NCBI GenBank assembly: GCA_013265495.1
Contig: MU058418.1
Span: forward strand, 2,875,491 to 2,939,490
Source: Vicugna vicugna
Taxonomy: Eukaryota
Length of the DNA stretch: 64,000 nt
Reading direction: 5' to 3'
Positions 27,631-40,347 of this stretch are shown here, in pieces (within the stretch, counting starts at the first letter, position 1; each line of letters starts with the position of its first letter). The notes below the pieces were generated by a model that was not told where the DNA came from, did no database searches, and saw nothing but the letters and a program-made list of their open reading frames with translations. The translations under genes and the position numbers were made by a program.

Positions 27631-29639
27631 TAGCCAACATGTCAAAAACAAGCTAAAATGCTGTTGAAAATCCAGTAAGAATTCTGCCTGAACAAGCAGG
27701 TGTCATTAGGAAGAAAAAAAAATCAACAAACCAAAACTACATAGTTCTGTCAATTAGTATGACAGAATATCCAGAGTCATATATTATATATTTCTCTGTA
27801 GCTAGAATGTCTATTGCCTCATTTTCTTTAATCACCTAAGTATTGGCAAGTTATTATTATTATTTTTAATTACATTTTAATAGAATAAGTAAGTCTTTAG
27901 GTCTGTGACATAAGTGACTTGTTGACAATCCAAAAATGCTTAGTAGGTGTTAATAAATAACAAACCCCAAAAGATTCCTGGATATAAAACTGTTTTCTCC
28001 CTCAACTGGATCTCACAAAATGTCCATGTACCATGTTTACAGACCAAATACTAGTTACTTGTGCCTGTGGACTTCAAAAGTCCCACTATTCACCCACTAG
28101 TGTGAACAGTAATTTACCTTTCAAAACTCAAGTTGGAGTTTGGGGATAGAAGTTCCACAAATATTTTTTAAAAGACAAAGCTAGGGTCAGGGCCCTGGGG
28201 CACTCCTTCAAATCCTTCATTCAATAAAGACCTAGCATTTATCATCTGCTAGCTGTGGAGATATGAAAGTGAAAACGAGTTTAACTTATAGTTCAGTTTA
28301 TGCCACTGATCCAGCAGCAATATTCTATAACCACGGAGCCTTAAATCCACTTAACAATACTGTCATTTAGCCACCATTTCTCTACCTTTGCTGAAGAATA
28401 ATGTGCAACTGCCAGATGCTCTGCTAAAATTCAGGTAATTTAAGAGTATGAACAATATGCCAATGCTAGGAATACAAAAATTAGTGAGATATGATCCTTG
28501 CTCTCAAGAAGCTCATAATTTTAAAAAAAGAGATAAACTATATCTTGGCATTCTTCCAATCTACCAGAATAGTAAGCCCATAAAAGTGAGTCATCCTATA
28601 TTTCATCTTACTCTTAGCTATATCCTGCTATAAAATTAAAATACATCTTTTCTCCCTTGGTGTTTACAAGTTCCAAATATTTATAGACTTATGTCTCTAC
28701 TTCACCGTCTCTGCCAAGATGAATATATTTAGCTTCTTTTCTCCTTTCCTTTTAAAGCAATTCCTCAATGTAAGCAATCTTTTTGGCGACTTTATTTAAA
28801 TTCTCTATTTCTGTATTAAATTCTAGGATTCAAATGGCATAATTAAAATACAGTTCTAGATATGAACTCAATCATGATGAAAAACACCAACCTCAGTGAT
28901 GATGTAATATTTCTGTGAATGAAGTCCAAAACACTGGTTTTTATTTACTTTAAAATTGGGGGGGGGGAGTTACACAGTTACACTACAAGTTTATATTTAC
29001 TCTAACACCTTTAATCATACAGGTTTTCTAGATTTCTCACATCAAATGAAAATTTAGAGATGGTATGCACTCTGAAACAGTTGTGGCTAACAAATAGTGT
29101 AAAGCCAGGATTCTTACGTTTAAAAAAAAAACCTACTCATTGACTGAAACTGCAACTCTGCTCTTAAGCTCGCACAAAAAAATAATTTTTCAAAAGTCTC
29201 TATGATTTTAATGACATTCATACTTGATATACTTTATATTTCTCTATCTACTACAGAATATATCTATAAAGTAAACATGCAATTTAAATTTTCTCCTGAA
29301 AATACTTTAGCAAAACCAGGACAATAGAGTCCAGACAGCAGGACTCATGATCAGTGAAAAGAACTGAGTAGGCTGTTACAGACCAGCTTCCTACTGGTTT
29401 AAAGTTTCAAATCTTATTACGGTAATTTACTTAAGGAATAGAGGCATTGGATGAATGTGAAGTAAAAGATATACAAGTGTTATCCTACGTCAGAACCACA
29501 TTCAGAACACATTTTCAACATTGCGTTCATGCTATGGATGAGGTAATAATCAGTGGTGGCTTCTTTAATGGGGAAAAAGAGTTTCATTCTGGGAAAAAAC
29601 CTTCGTTCTGTTGCTCACCAACTTCATACTTAAAAACAA

Positions 29640-31090
29640 ACTCCCTAGCCTGCTATTTAGGGCCTCCCTCAATCAGGCTCCAACCACTTCTATGAGACAC
29701 TGTATCTCATACTATCTTAATTCAGTTTATCCATTTTTGAACCAGACAGAACTACACACCCTTTCTGGGATAATTCAAGTGCTTTCTCGCCTCAGAAGTT
29801 TTACATCCGAAACTCCATTAGCTTACCCTCATCTCTCAACTCGCCATTTATATTCTACCAATCCTTCAAAGTCCAGCTCAAACAGCACCTCTCTAAAGTT
29901 TCCCCGTATTTCCACCCCCAACTCAGAACCTCTTCTCACCCTGAATAGAATTTAATCTGTACTTTTCACGTTGCCAGATCACATTCTCTCTCATCTATAC
30001 ACACCAGTGTAATTGCTGGTGTGTATGTCACGTCTCTTCTCTCAGACTAAACTCCTGAGAAGGTCTTGGATACAGTCTTATCTGTACTGTCCTCATCCCT
30101 CCATGCTTTTTGCACATACAAGGAAATAAGTAAATGTAAATGTTTATTTGGCAAATGTATTGAATTATATGTTTATTGACCCAAAAACATGCCATAATAC
30201 TCAATATTCTTACTGATACTCATTCTCTAAGGAAATATTTACTCAGTACCTACTGTGTACTGGAGCAGTAGTATACCAAAATGAACCTACTCTCACAGAC
30301 CCTACTCTCTCAAGAAGTTTGTGGTTTAGAACATCATCTAGACAGCTACATAAATTAGTACTAATAGATAAATGCCTTAAGAGAAGTAAAGGTGAAGTTC
30401 AACAGCAACCAACAAAAAGGAGAGATTATTTCCAAATAGGGATGGATATGAGGATAAGTCTTAACAATGGTATAGGTCCTAAAAGACAGGTAATAATTTG
30501 AATAATAATTTAAATATGTAGAGATGGGGTAAGGGATTTTAAGACAGGAAAAATAAAGGCCACTGAGGCAAGAAATCTCAGGAGGATCCAGGGAAAAATC
30601 AATAGTTCAATAGTACAGTGTAAGAGAAAGATTATAGGGATATAGAAGAAAGTTTTAAAGGTGGTTGGAGCTGTCCTTGATAAGACCTCAAAAGCCACAT
30701 ATTAGTCTGTAAGCAATGAGGAACTATTTCAGAGTTCTTGAGCAGGGGCTGAGTATTCCGAAGGTCTAAAGTGGACTAGAAGGGAAAGAGACTGTTGACA
30801 AGGAGACAAGTTAAGGGTCTTGCACCATACTACAAGAGATAATAAAGGCCTCAGCTAGGAATGGAAATAGATGGATGGAAGAGATATTTCAGAGGTGAAA
30901 CTGACAGGACTAGGCAAGTTCATGATGTGGAGTGCAAGTGTCTGCAAGAGGTAGAAGAAGTTTCTAGGCTAAGAGGAGGATGGTGCCATAACCAAAAAAG
31001 AGGTCACTAAAAGCAGCAGCAAGGTTGGATGGGAGAAAACTGGGGCCTGGTAATAGTGGGTTTTAGTGCCACTGGATATTCAGGCAGTGA
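29640..31090. mobile_element. Two L2 fragments in opposite orientation
   Basis: Pyrimidine-rich L2 3' region up to ~30170, then atatttactcagtacctactgtgtac and a purine-rich antisense L2. Confidence 0.55.
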
Positions 31091-32296
31091 CATCACAAAT
31101 AAAATGTGTTAATTTAGAACAAAATATACAATTTTGTGAAAAAGAGAAGAGTTGAGATTATTTAGTTTTCATTAAAGGATTCTGATTGATGATTCAAACA
31201 TGAATAGTACCTCAAAAATTTAACTTATAAGCTGTGTTAAGTATATAGCAAATCCAAAACTTTTTATGAAGGAATTTTGACCTAGAACAACCTCATGTAC
31301 CCAAGAATCATTTAAAAACATGCTGATTCATGGGTAATAGTAAAGTGGATAGGTGGAAGACTTTGAGAACCTTAGTTTGGAATTATGAGGTGAAGTGCTT
31401 CTGTTGAAATGGTAAATGCATCTCTGTGGTCCCTGTCATTAGGCCCCAATTTAACTTCAGTGCCACAAAAAGAGATGTTCAAGCCAGATGACTAAGCCTG
31501 ACTGACCGGGCAGCAAGGGGTACAGTCTAGATCTCCTTATGTATTCGTTCCTTTCTTTAATAAATACTTCTCAGTTAATAAATTGAGTCATCCTAGATTT
31601 ATCCCTGCTATATCCCTAGAGTCTCCAAAAGCCTAAGAAATAAAGGATCATGAAACCACTTTTGTGGGGGGCAAAATAAAACTTCCAATTATTAACTCAT
31701 GGGTATTACAGCTATTCAGTACCCAGATTTTTTAAGAACAAACTAAAAAATCTCACCAACATAAATTAAAATAACAATGAAAAGAGAATAGCATACAATT
31801 TGACATTAATAAATGTTATATGTGTACTGAGTGAAAAAGGAAAGTCAAACATTGGAAGTGTGGCCAATATGACCAGTAAGTATACTCCCCATTAGATTTA
31901 TTCATTTTTTTATTGTTAATACTAATAACATTCTGTTTACTAGATACAACGTCATTATTTCAGTTTAGCTTTGAAAACAATGAGAATTCAGTCTTTATGA
32001 ATGTTTTTACTGATGATGAGCAGTAATATGAAAAACAAAATGGATCAAAAGGTACTTGTTTTACACATGACTACCCCATTAAGATTATGCCAATCGTTTC
32101 TTGCAAACCACACTGACATTTTATAGCTATGCATAAATGTAGCAGAAGAACATACACCAAATGTTAATAATGATAATCTTTTGATAATAGGCTTATAGGC
32201 TATTTTTATTTCCTTCTTTTTTGCTTATGGGCATTTTCAAATTTTTCTATAATTAATGTTTATCATAACTGTACAAAGAAAAAAGATATTTTTTTA

Positions 32297-32485
<189 letters not shown>

Positions 32486-32590
32486 CTAAAAATTAAAAAA
32501 AACATACTGTAACAATATATAGTTTTTGCCAGTGTCAATAAAACACAATCAAGGCTGCAATAAATTCTCAAAATTTTCAGATTACTTATT

Positions 32591-35500
32591 TTTTTTTACA
32601 TTTTTTATTGATTCATAATCATTTTACAGTGTTGTGTCAAATTCCAGTGTTCAGCACAATTTTTCAGTCATTCATGGACATGTACACACTCATTGTCACA
32701 TTTTTTTCTCTGTGATTTATCATAACATTTTGTGTATATTTCCCTGTGCTATACAGTGTAATCTTGTTTATCTATTCTACAATTTTGAAATCCCAGTCTA
32801 TCCCTTCCCACCCTCTACCCCCGCCCCCGGTAACCACAAGTCTGTATTCTCTGTCCATGAGTCTATTTCTGTCCTGTATTTATGCTTTGTTTTTGTTTGT
32901 TTTTGTGTTTTTGTTTTTTAGATTCCACATATGAGTGATCTCATATGGTATTTTTCTTTCTCTTTCTGGCTTACTTCACTTAGAATGACATTCTCTAGGA
33001 GCATCCATGTTGCTGCAAATGGCATTATGTTGTCGGTTTTTATGGCTGAGTAGTATTCCATTGTATAAATATACCACCTCTTCTTTATCCAGTCACCTGT
33101 TGATGGACATTTAGGCTGTTTCCATGTTTTGGCTATTGTAAATAGTGCTGCTATGAACATTGGGGTGCAGGTGTCATCCTGAAGTAGATTTCCTTCTGGG
33201 TACAAGCCCAGGAGTGGGATTCCTGGGTCATATGGTAAGTCTATTCCTAGTCTTTTGAGGAATCTCCACACTGTTTTCCATAGTGGCTGCACCAAACTGC
33301 ATTCCCACCAGCAGTGTAGGAGGGTTCCCCTTTCTCCACAGCCTCTCCAGCATTTGTCATTTTTGGATTTTTGAATGACGGCCATTCTGACTGGTGTGAG
33401 GTGATACCTCATTGTAGTTTTGATTTGCATTTCTCTGATAATTAGTGATATTGAACATTTTTTCATGTGCTTTTTGATCATTTGTATGTCTTCCTTGGAG
33501 AATTGCTTGTTTAGGTCTTCTGCCCATTTTTGGATTGGGTTGTTTATTTTTTTCTTATTGAGTCGTATGAGCTGCTTATATATTTTGGAGATCAAGCCTT
33601 TGTCGGTTTCACTTGCAAAAATTTTCTCCCATTCCGTAGGTTTTCTTCTTGTTTTATTTCTGGTTTCCTTTGCTCTGCAGAAGCTTGTAAGTTTCATTAG
33701 GTCCCATTTGTTTATTCTTGCTTTTATTTCTTCTAGGAGAAAATTTTTGAAATGTATGTCAGATAATGTTTTGCCTATGTTTTCCTCTAGGAGGTTTATT
33801 GTATCTTGTCTTATGTTTAAGTCTTTAATCCATTTTGAGTTGATTTTTGTATATGGTGTAAGGGTGTGTTCTAGCTTCATTGTTTTACATGCTGCTGTCC
33901 AGTTTTCCCAACACCATTTGCTGAAGAGACTGTCTTTATTCCATTGTATATTCTTGCCTCCTTTGTCGAAGATGAGTTGACCAAAAGTTTGTGGGTTCAT
34001 TTCTGGGCTCTCTATTCTGTTCCATTGGTCTATATGTCTGTTTTGGTACCAATACCATGCTGTCTTGATGACTGTAGCTCTATAGTATTGTCTGAAGTCT
34101 GGGAGAGTTATTCCTCCAGCCTCTTTCTTTCTCTTCAGTAATGCTTTAGCAATTCTAGGTCTTTGATGGTTCCATATAAATTTTATTATGATTTGTTCTA
34201 GTTCTGTGAAATATGTCCTGGGTAATTGGATAGGGATTGCATTAAATCTGTAGATTGCCTTGGGCAGTGTGACCATTTTAACAATATTGATTCTTCCAAT
34301 CCAAGAGCATGGAATATCTTTCCATTTTTTAAAGTCTTCTTTAATTTCCTTCATCAATGGTTTATAGTTTTCTGTGTATAATTCTTTCACCTCCTTGGTT
34401 AGATTTATTCCCAGATATTTTATTACTTTGGGTGCTATTTTAAAGGGGATTGTTTCTTTACTTTCTTTTTCTGTTGATTTATCGTTAGTGTAAAGAAAGG
34501 CAACTGATTTTTGAACATTAATTTTGTAACCTGCTACCTTGCTGAATTCTTCGATCAGCTCTAGTAGCTTTTTTGTGGACCTTTTAGGGTTTTCTATATA
34601 TAGTAACATGTCGTCAGCATATAATGACACTTTTACCTCTTCTTTTCCAATTTGGATCCCTTTTATTTCTTTCTCTTGCCTGATTGCTGTGGCTAGGACT
34701 TCCAGGACTATATTGAATAGGAGTGGTGATAGTGGGCATCCTTGTCTTGTCCCAGATTTTAGTGGGAAGCTTTTGAGTTTTTCACCGTTGAGAACTATGC
34801 TGGCTATAGGTTTGTCATATATAGCTTTTATTATGTTGAGATATGTTCCCTCTATACCCACTTTGGCGAGAGTTTTTATCATAAATGGGTGTTGAATTTT
34901 ATCAAATGCTTTTTCTGCATCGATTGAGATGATCATGTGGTTTTTGTCCTTTCTCTTGTTGATGTGATGTATTACATTGATTGATTTGCGTATGTTGAAC
35001 CAGCCTTGTGTCCCTGGGATGAACCCCACTTGGTCATGATGTATAATCTTTTTTATGTGTTGTTGGATTCTATTTGCTAAAATTTTGGTGAGGATTTTGG
35101 CGTCTATGTTCATCAGTGATATTGGCCTATAATTCTCTTTTTTTGTAGTGTCTTTGCCTGGTTTTGGTATCAGGGTGATGGTGGCTTCATAGAATGAGTT
35201 TGGGAGTATTCCCTCCTTTTCAATCGTCTGGAAGAGTTTGAGAAGGACTGGTATGAGTTCTTCTTTGTATGTTTGGTAGAATTCCCCGGTGAAGCCGTCC
35301 GGTCCTGGACTTTTATTTGTAGGGAGGTTTTTAATTGCTATTTCTATTTCCTTTCTAGTGATCGGATTGTTCAAGTGTTCAGTTTCTTCTTGATTCAGTT
35401 TTGGTGGACAGTATGTTTCCAGAAACTTGTCCATCTCCTCTAGGTTATCCAGTTTGGTTCCATATAGTTTTTCATAATATTCTCGTATGATATTCTGTAT

Positions 35501-35758
35501 TTCTATTTTGTTTGTTGTAATTTCTCCATTTTCCTTTCTTATTTTGCTAATTTGTGCTCTCTCTTTTTTCTTCTTTGTGAGTTTGGCCAGAGGTTTGTCG
35601 ATTTTATTTACTTTTTCAAAAAACCAGCTTTTGGTTTGGTTGATTTTTTCTATGGTCTTGTTAATCTCTATTGTATTTAATTCCTCTCTGATCTTTATTA
35701 TTTCCTTCCTTCTGCTGCTTTTTGGGGCTTTTTGTTCTTCTTTTTCTAATTCATTCAG
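32591..35758 (-). mobile_element. Young 5'-truncated LINE-1 (~3.2 kb) in intron 3, sense to CDK19
   Basis: ORF2, ~325-nt 3'UTR, AATAAA (32604-32609 on minus) and poly(A). Perfect 14-bp TSD tcagattacttatt at 32577-32590 and 35759-35772. The empty site reads TTT/AATAAG on minus, like an L1 endonuclease site. Confidence 0.97.
32918..35758 (-). pseudogene. L1 ORF2p fragment (linker, reverse transcriptase, C-terminal CCHC); endonuclease domain absent
   Basis: 838-aa ORF with YRPISL, QGCPLSP, YADD, KYLG and CWRGC..HCWWEC motifs. By hand the frame stays open a further 108 codons ([10 protein letters not shown]...KLDNLEE) up to the truncation point. Confidence 0.95.
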
Positions 35759-37131
35759 TCAGATTACTTATTAAAGGGCAATAATGACACAGAGAAAAAT
35801 AATTTGAATAATAAGATCAACCAAAGCAGAATCTACATTGGGGGTGAATGTGACAGTATTAATGTGGGTATAATGATAGACTTAGTGAAACCATTAAGAT
35901 TTTCATTAAATAAAACCAAGAAGTAAAAAGAGTTTATATTTTAAAACCTACCTAAAAATAGTATTAGTTGTATTCTCTACTAACAGAATGAAAGAGTAAA
36001 CAAAAGAAAAAAACTGTAAATCTTTACTATTCTATGAAGAGTTAGGACTTAGTGCATTTGGGTAATATCACTGATGACATATGTATTAGAATTATTGGAA
36101 AGCTCTACTTTCTTTTGGCATAGAATGAAACTAGGATATAGTCTTACTAGTCAGTATTACATAGGAAATCACTAAAAAGGAGCAGGGAGAGAAAAATGGG
36201 GAATCTGATCCCACTGAAATAAATACAACTGGATCACCATACTGAAATTTTTATGTCTAAATGTTATATTGTGGGTTATAAAACCACTGTAATGAAAGGG
36301 AAGAAATTCTGTCTGCCCTTCATACCCCCACATCCACCTCCATCTCCACCCCACCCTTGTCCAAAACATGCCAAAATGGGTACTGAATATCTATGAAAGA
36401 ATGGAGAAAACCACAATGGAGGTTCTGCTATAAGAGCATAAACTCTGAAACTTCCTTCAAGGCCTATGAGTTTGTTAAAGTTATTCCTAAAAAGATTTGT
36501 AATTTGTAGAAATGACAAACCACACTATATTGAATCAAAATCTAATTATCCAAAATTTGAACTTACTGCCAAGCTTCAATTTTTTCACTTTTAACAACCC
36601 CTAGGATAAAAAGTTTAAATGCCCTAACTTCTAACTTTAAATGTTTAGAATCAGAATTTTTGGCTTTTTTTCTATATTCATTAAAAACATCTCCAATATT
36701 TGCAAAACCACATGTGTACTTCTGTTTGGTGGAGTCGGTTTTAAATGGCAAAATGCTGCAAGAGACTGACCTTAACTTAGACAGGGAAACTATTCACAAG
36801 TGCAAAACTGGTTAAATCTGATCTTCCGTGTGTATCACAAAAAAAAGTAATTTTCACTATACTGTATTAGTAAACTGCCACTAACTGCTTCTGTAAAATT
36901 ACAATCTCCCACTCAGCAACATTTTCTGAAGTGAAATTTCTGAATATTACAAATACTATCTTCTCAGTAAAATAGGATGTTAATGTTTCATTGCTCTAAT
37001 TCTTTCAAATCAACATTTACATTTATTATATTTATTTTGAAGTATGGTCAACAGAGCAAGTTTTCCTTTCTGTGCATTAGCAGTATGTAGCACATATGTT
37101 TATTTCTTCATACCTATATAAAATAACCCTA

Positions 37132-37266
<135 letters not shown>

Positions 37267-39784
37267 CTAAATGCAAGAGGAAAAGAGGGGTCACTATCCT
37301 GTTAGCGGATGGAGGGAGGAGGGGATGATGCTTTTGTGACAACTTCAAAGTGAAATTTTTGAAAATCTAGACAATCCAGATAAGCAACATTAAAAAAAAA
37401 AAAACCGCCCAAATACCACAAGTTAGAGATAAGCTCTGTCAATACCTTGGTGCATATCTTTCCAATCCTTTTGCTTTGTGTATGTGTGTATTTTTAAAAT
37501 GGGATCATTTTAAATGGTAAATCGTAAAATGGTAAATGAAAGTTATATTGTATCACTAAATAAATAAATATATTTTGGTATGTGTGTATTTTTTTTTAAC
37601 CAAAGGAAAAGCTTCTTGAGAAACAGAAATACTGTTTATGTCTACTCTAGCATAGTATGTGCTCAATAAATATTTGACAAAAGAAGGAGGGATATTTAAC
37701 AATCCCTAACTTATCCATGCCTAGAGCATGAGATCGATGTTTTTTAGAAGAATGGCTGAGTATAAGGGAATGGCTCTCAAATGCCCTGATAAAAATTGGT
37801 GTGGAGAAGAGGTCCTGTAAATAGGTAAAAGAAATAGGCCTACACAAAGTAGAAGCTTCAAGCTGGACTCTGATAATAAGAAGGAAAGACAGACCAGATC
37901 AGCAAGTGAAAATCCAGTACTTGGCACACAACAGGCATTGCTTGATAAAATATTTAACAATAACATTAGTTACTCAAGGTGAAAGCCTTTAATATGACTG
38001 CCACAGGCTGTCCTTACCCAGGGTTCAGATTTAATTGGTAGAAACATCCTCAATTTGGTAAGTATTTTGAATACTTTTTAAATGTAAAGCTCTGTGGAGG
38101 ATACAAAAGGGGGGAGGGGACAAAACTTTTATTGAATACTTTCTAGGTGCAAGATGATTGTATGTAAATGTTTCTCTCTCATTTAATCCTTCTAACAACC
38201 CTATGATGCACACAGAAGCTGAGGTTTGGTATAATAAAAATAACCTGACCAAAGTCAAACACTGGAAAGAGAAGAGGTTTGCATTTAAATATATCTGCCT
38301 GATTCCAAAGTCCATGCTTTTTCCACTTCAGCTAAAGTCGTCTTCAATCTTCACAACGTGGTAGGGAATACAGAAATAAAAACCGATCAATGAGGTAGAG
38401 AAAAATAAACTGCTTAGCCATTCTAATAACCTTAAATGAGTAGAGTGCGCTGTGACTGCCTTTATTGGAACCATATAAAAGTCATCGTAACACTCTCTCT
38501 GGAACTTTATAGACCATTTCCCAGTTGCCTATTTCTCGACTATTCTCAGTTCTCTCATTTTGGCTCTGTACCTCAGTTCTTCCTCTTCACCTACACCTTG
38601 ACAACCTTGCTGGAAAGTGCTCTACCAGCTACAATTTGGGCATGATTCCCAGCTATGACTCCCTGGGTTCTCCCTCCAAACCGTATGCCCTGGAACACAG
38701 ATAAGAGGTAGGATTGGGCTGAGCTGACTCTGGCGTGCATTCACCTCTCACAGCCTGCCTCAGGAGTCTATCTGTTGGATGTAGGTATGAAAGGAGGAGC
38801 TGGGAGAAAAATGACCAGGGAAGACATAACAGGCCTACTCCCTGGCTGGGGAGCGGAAGGTGGGGGCCATTAGGTGTGTGCTCAGCTATCTGCTACTATC
38901 TCTGTTCCCAGCCCTAAGATATGGTAAGCAGCCATGCTTCTTGCTTTAGATGCAAATGTTAGACATAATATGCTCCTGATTAATGACGGAATCAAAGAAA
39001 GTGGCATTTTGGAGGAAGGCCGAGCTATATCCAGACAACTTCCTGCTCACTGAACATGTTAGGCTCCCAGACTCAGTTAAATAATGTATTTAATGATGGC
39101 CCCACTTGCCATGGTCAACCTTCAAACACTTGGACCCTGGTAAGGGGCCTTGCTGCAGGCACAATGACTTGTCTCCCTCTTTCTGACTCCTTTATTGATG
39201 AACTTATAGAGAGTTTAACTATATTATGTCTCTACCCAAAATAAGTTCTCTTTGTTGCCTACAGTGGAAGGAAAGGTGAAACTCAAGTCTGCATCTAAAT
39301 TAGGTTCTTGAAACACCAAACATTGGTACAGACATCTAACCCCTGGACCCCACTTGTCTGGGAGAGAGGATGTCACATGTACCAATATTTAATCAATACT
39401 CTAAAAAATGATGGTTTTTGTGACTATAAATTACTGATCCCTCTACAATGAATCCACCATAAGTCCCACGTTTAAACATTATTTTGAATCGGTAATACAT
39501 GTATATGATTCAAAAGTACATGAAAGTATATATACTGAGATGCCTCATTACCACTCCAATGACCACAGGCCCTCTTGCCTCCTAGAAGTAACAACTTTTA
39601 TTAGTTGCTTGCTAATCTTTCTAGAGTTTCTTTATGCAAATAAAAGTAAATACAAATATTTACACAAAAGATAGCACTTACTAATTTTCTACTTTATCTT
39701 GGAAATCTCTCATTATCAGTACAATATTAGTTTATAGAAATCTTTCTTGTTCCTTCTTATAGCACCATGGTATTTCCAGGTCAC

Positions 39785-40347
39785 TTTTTTGTGTGGTAAA
39801 ATATATACATATATATAACATAAAATTTATCATTTTAACTATTTCTAAGTTCTACAACAATCACCACTGTGTCCTTTCTCCAGAACTTTTTCATCATCAC
39901 AAACAGAAACATTACACAACATCTCCCCATTCCCCAGACCCTGGTAACTACTACGTCACTTTCTGTCTCTATGAATTTGACTATTCCAGGTACCTCATAC
40001 AAATGGAATCATTCAATATTTGTTCTTTTGTATCTGGCTTCTTTCACTTAACATGTCTTCAAGGTTCATCCATGTTGTAGCATGTGTCAGAATTTCTTGC
40101 CTTTTTAAGGCTAAATAATATTTTGCTATATGCACATACCACATTTGCTTATTCATTCATCCCTCCCATCATCCTATGGACATCTGAGTTGATTCCATCT
40201 TCTAGCTATTATGAACAATGCTGTCTGAAAGACTGATGTACAAATATCTGTTTGAATCCTTGCTTTCAATTTTTCTATATACTCAGAAGTAGAACTGCTG
40301 GATCCTGTAGTAATTCTATGTTTGATTTCTTTAAGGAACTGCCATAC
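39785..40347 (-). mobile_element. L1MB-like 3' end
   Basis: ccctggtaactact..ctttctgtctctatgaatttgactattccaggtacctcatacaaatggaatcat...ggttcatccatgttgtagcatg. Confidence 0.85.

Noticed and set aside
32013..32116. Box C (ATGATGA) and box D (CTGA) pair suggesting a snoRNA
   Set aside because: It is on the strand opposite to the host transcript and has no terminal stem.
33420..35774. Plus-strand ORFs of 186, 65, 118 and 95 aa rich in S/F/L/I
   Set aside because: They are antisense shadows of the A-rich L1 ORF2, a common artefact.
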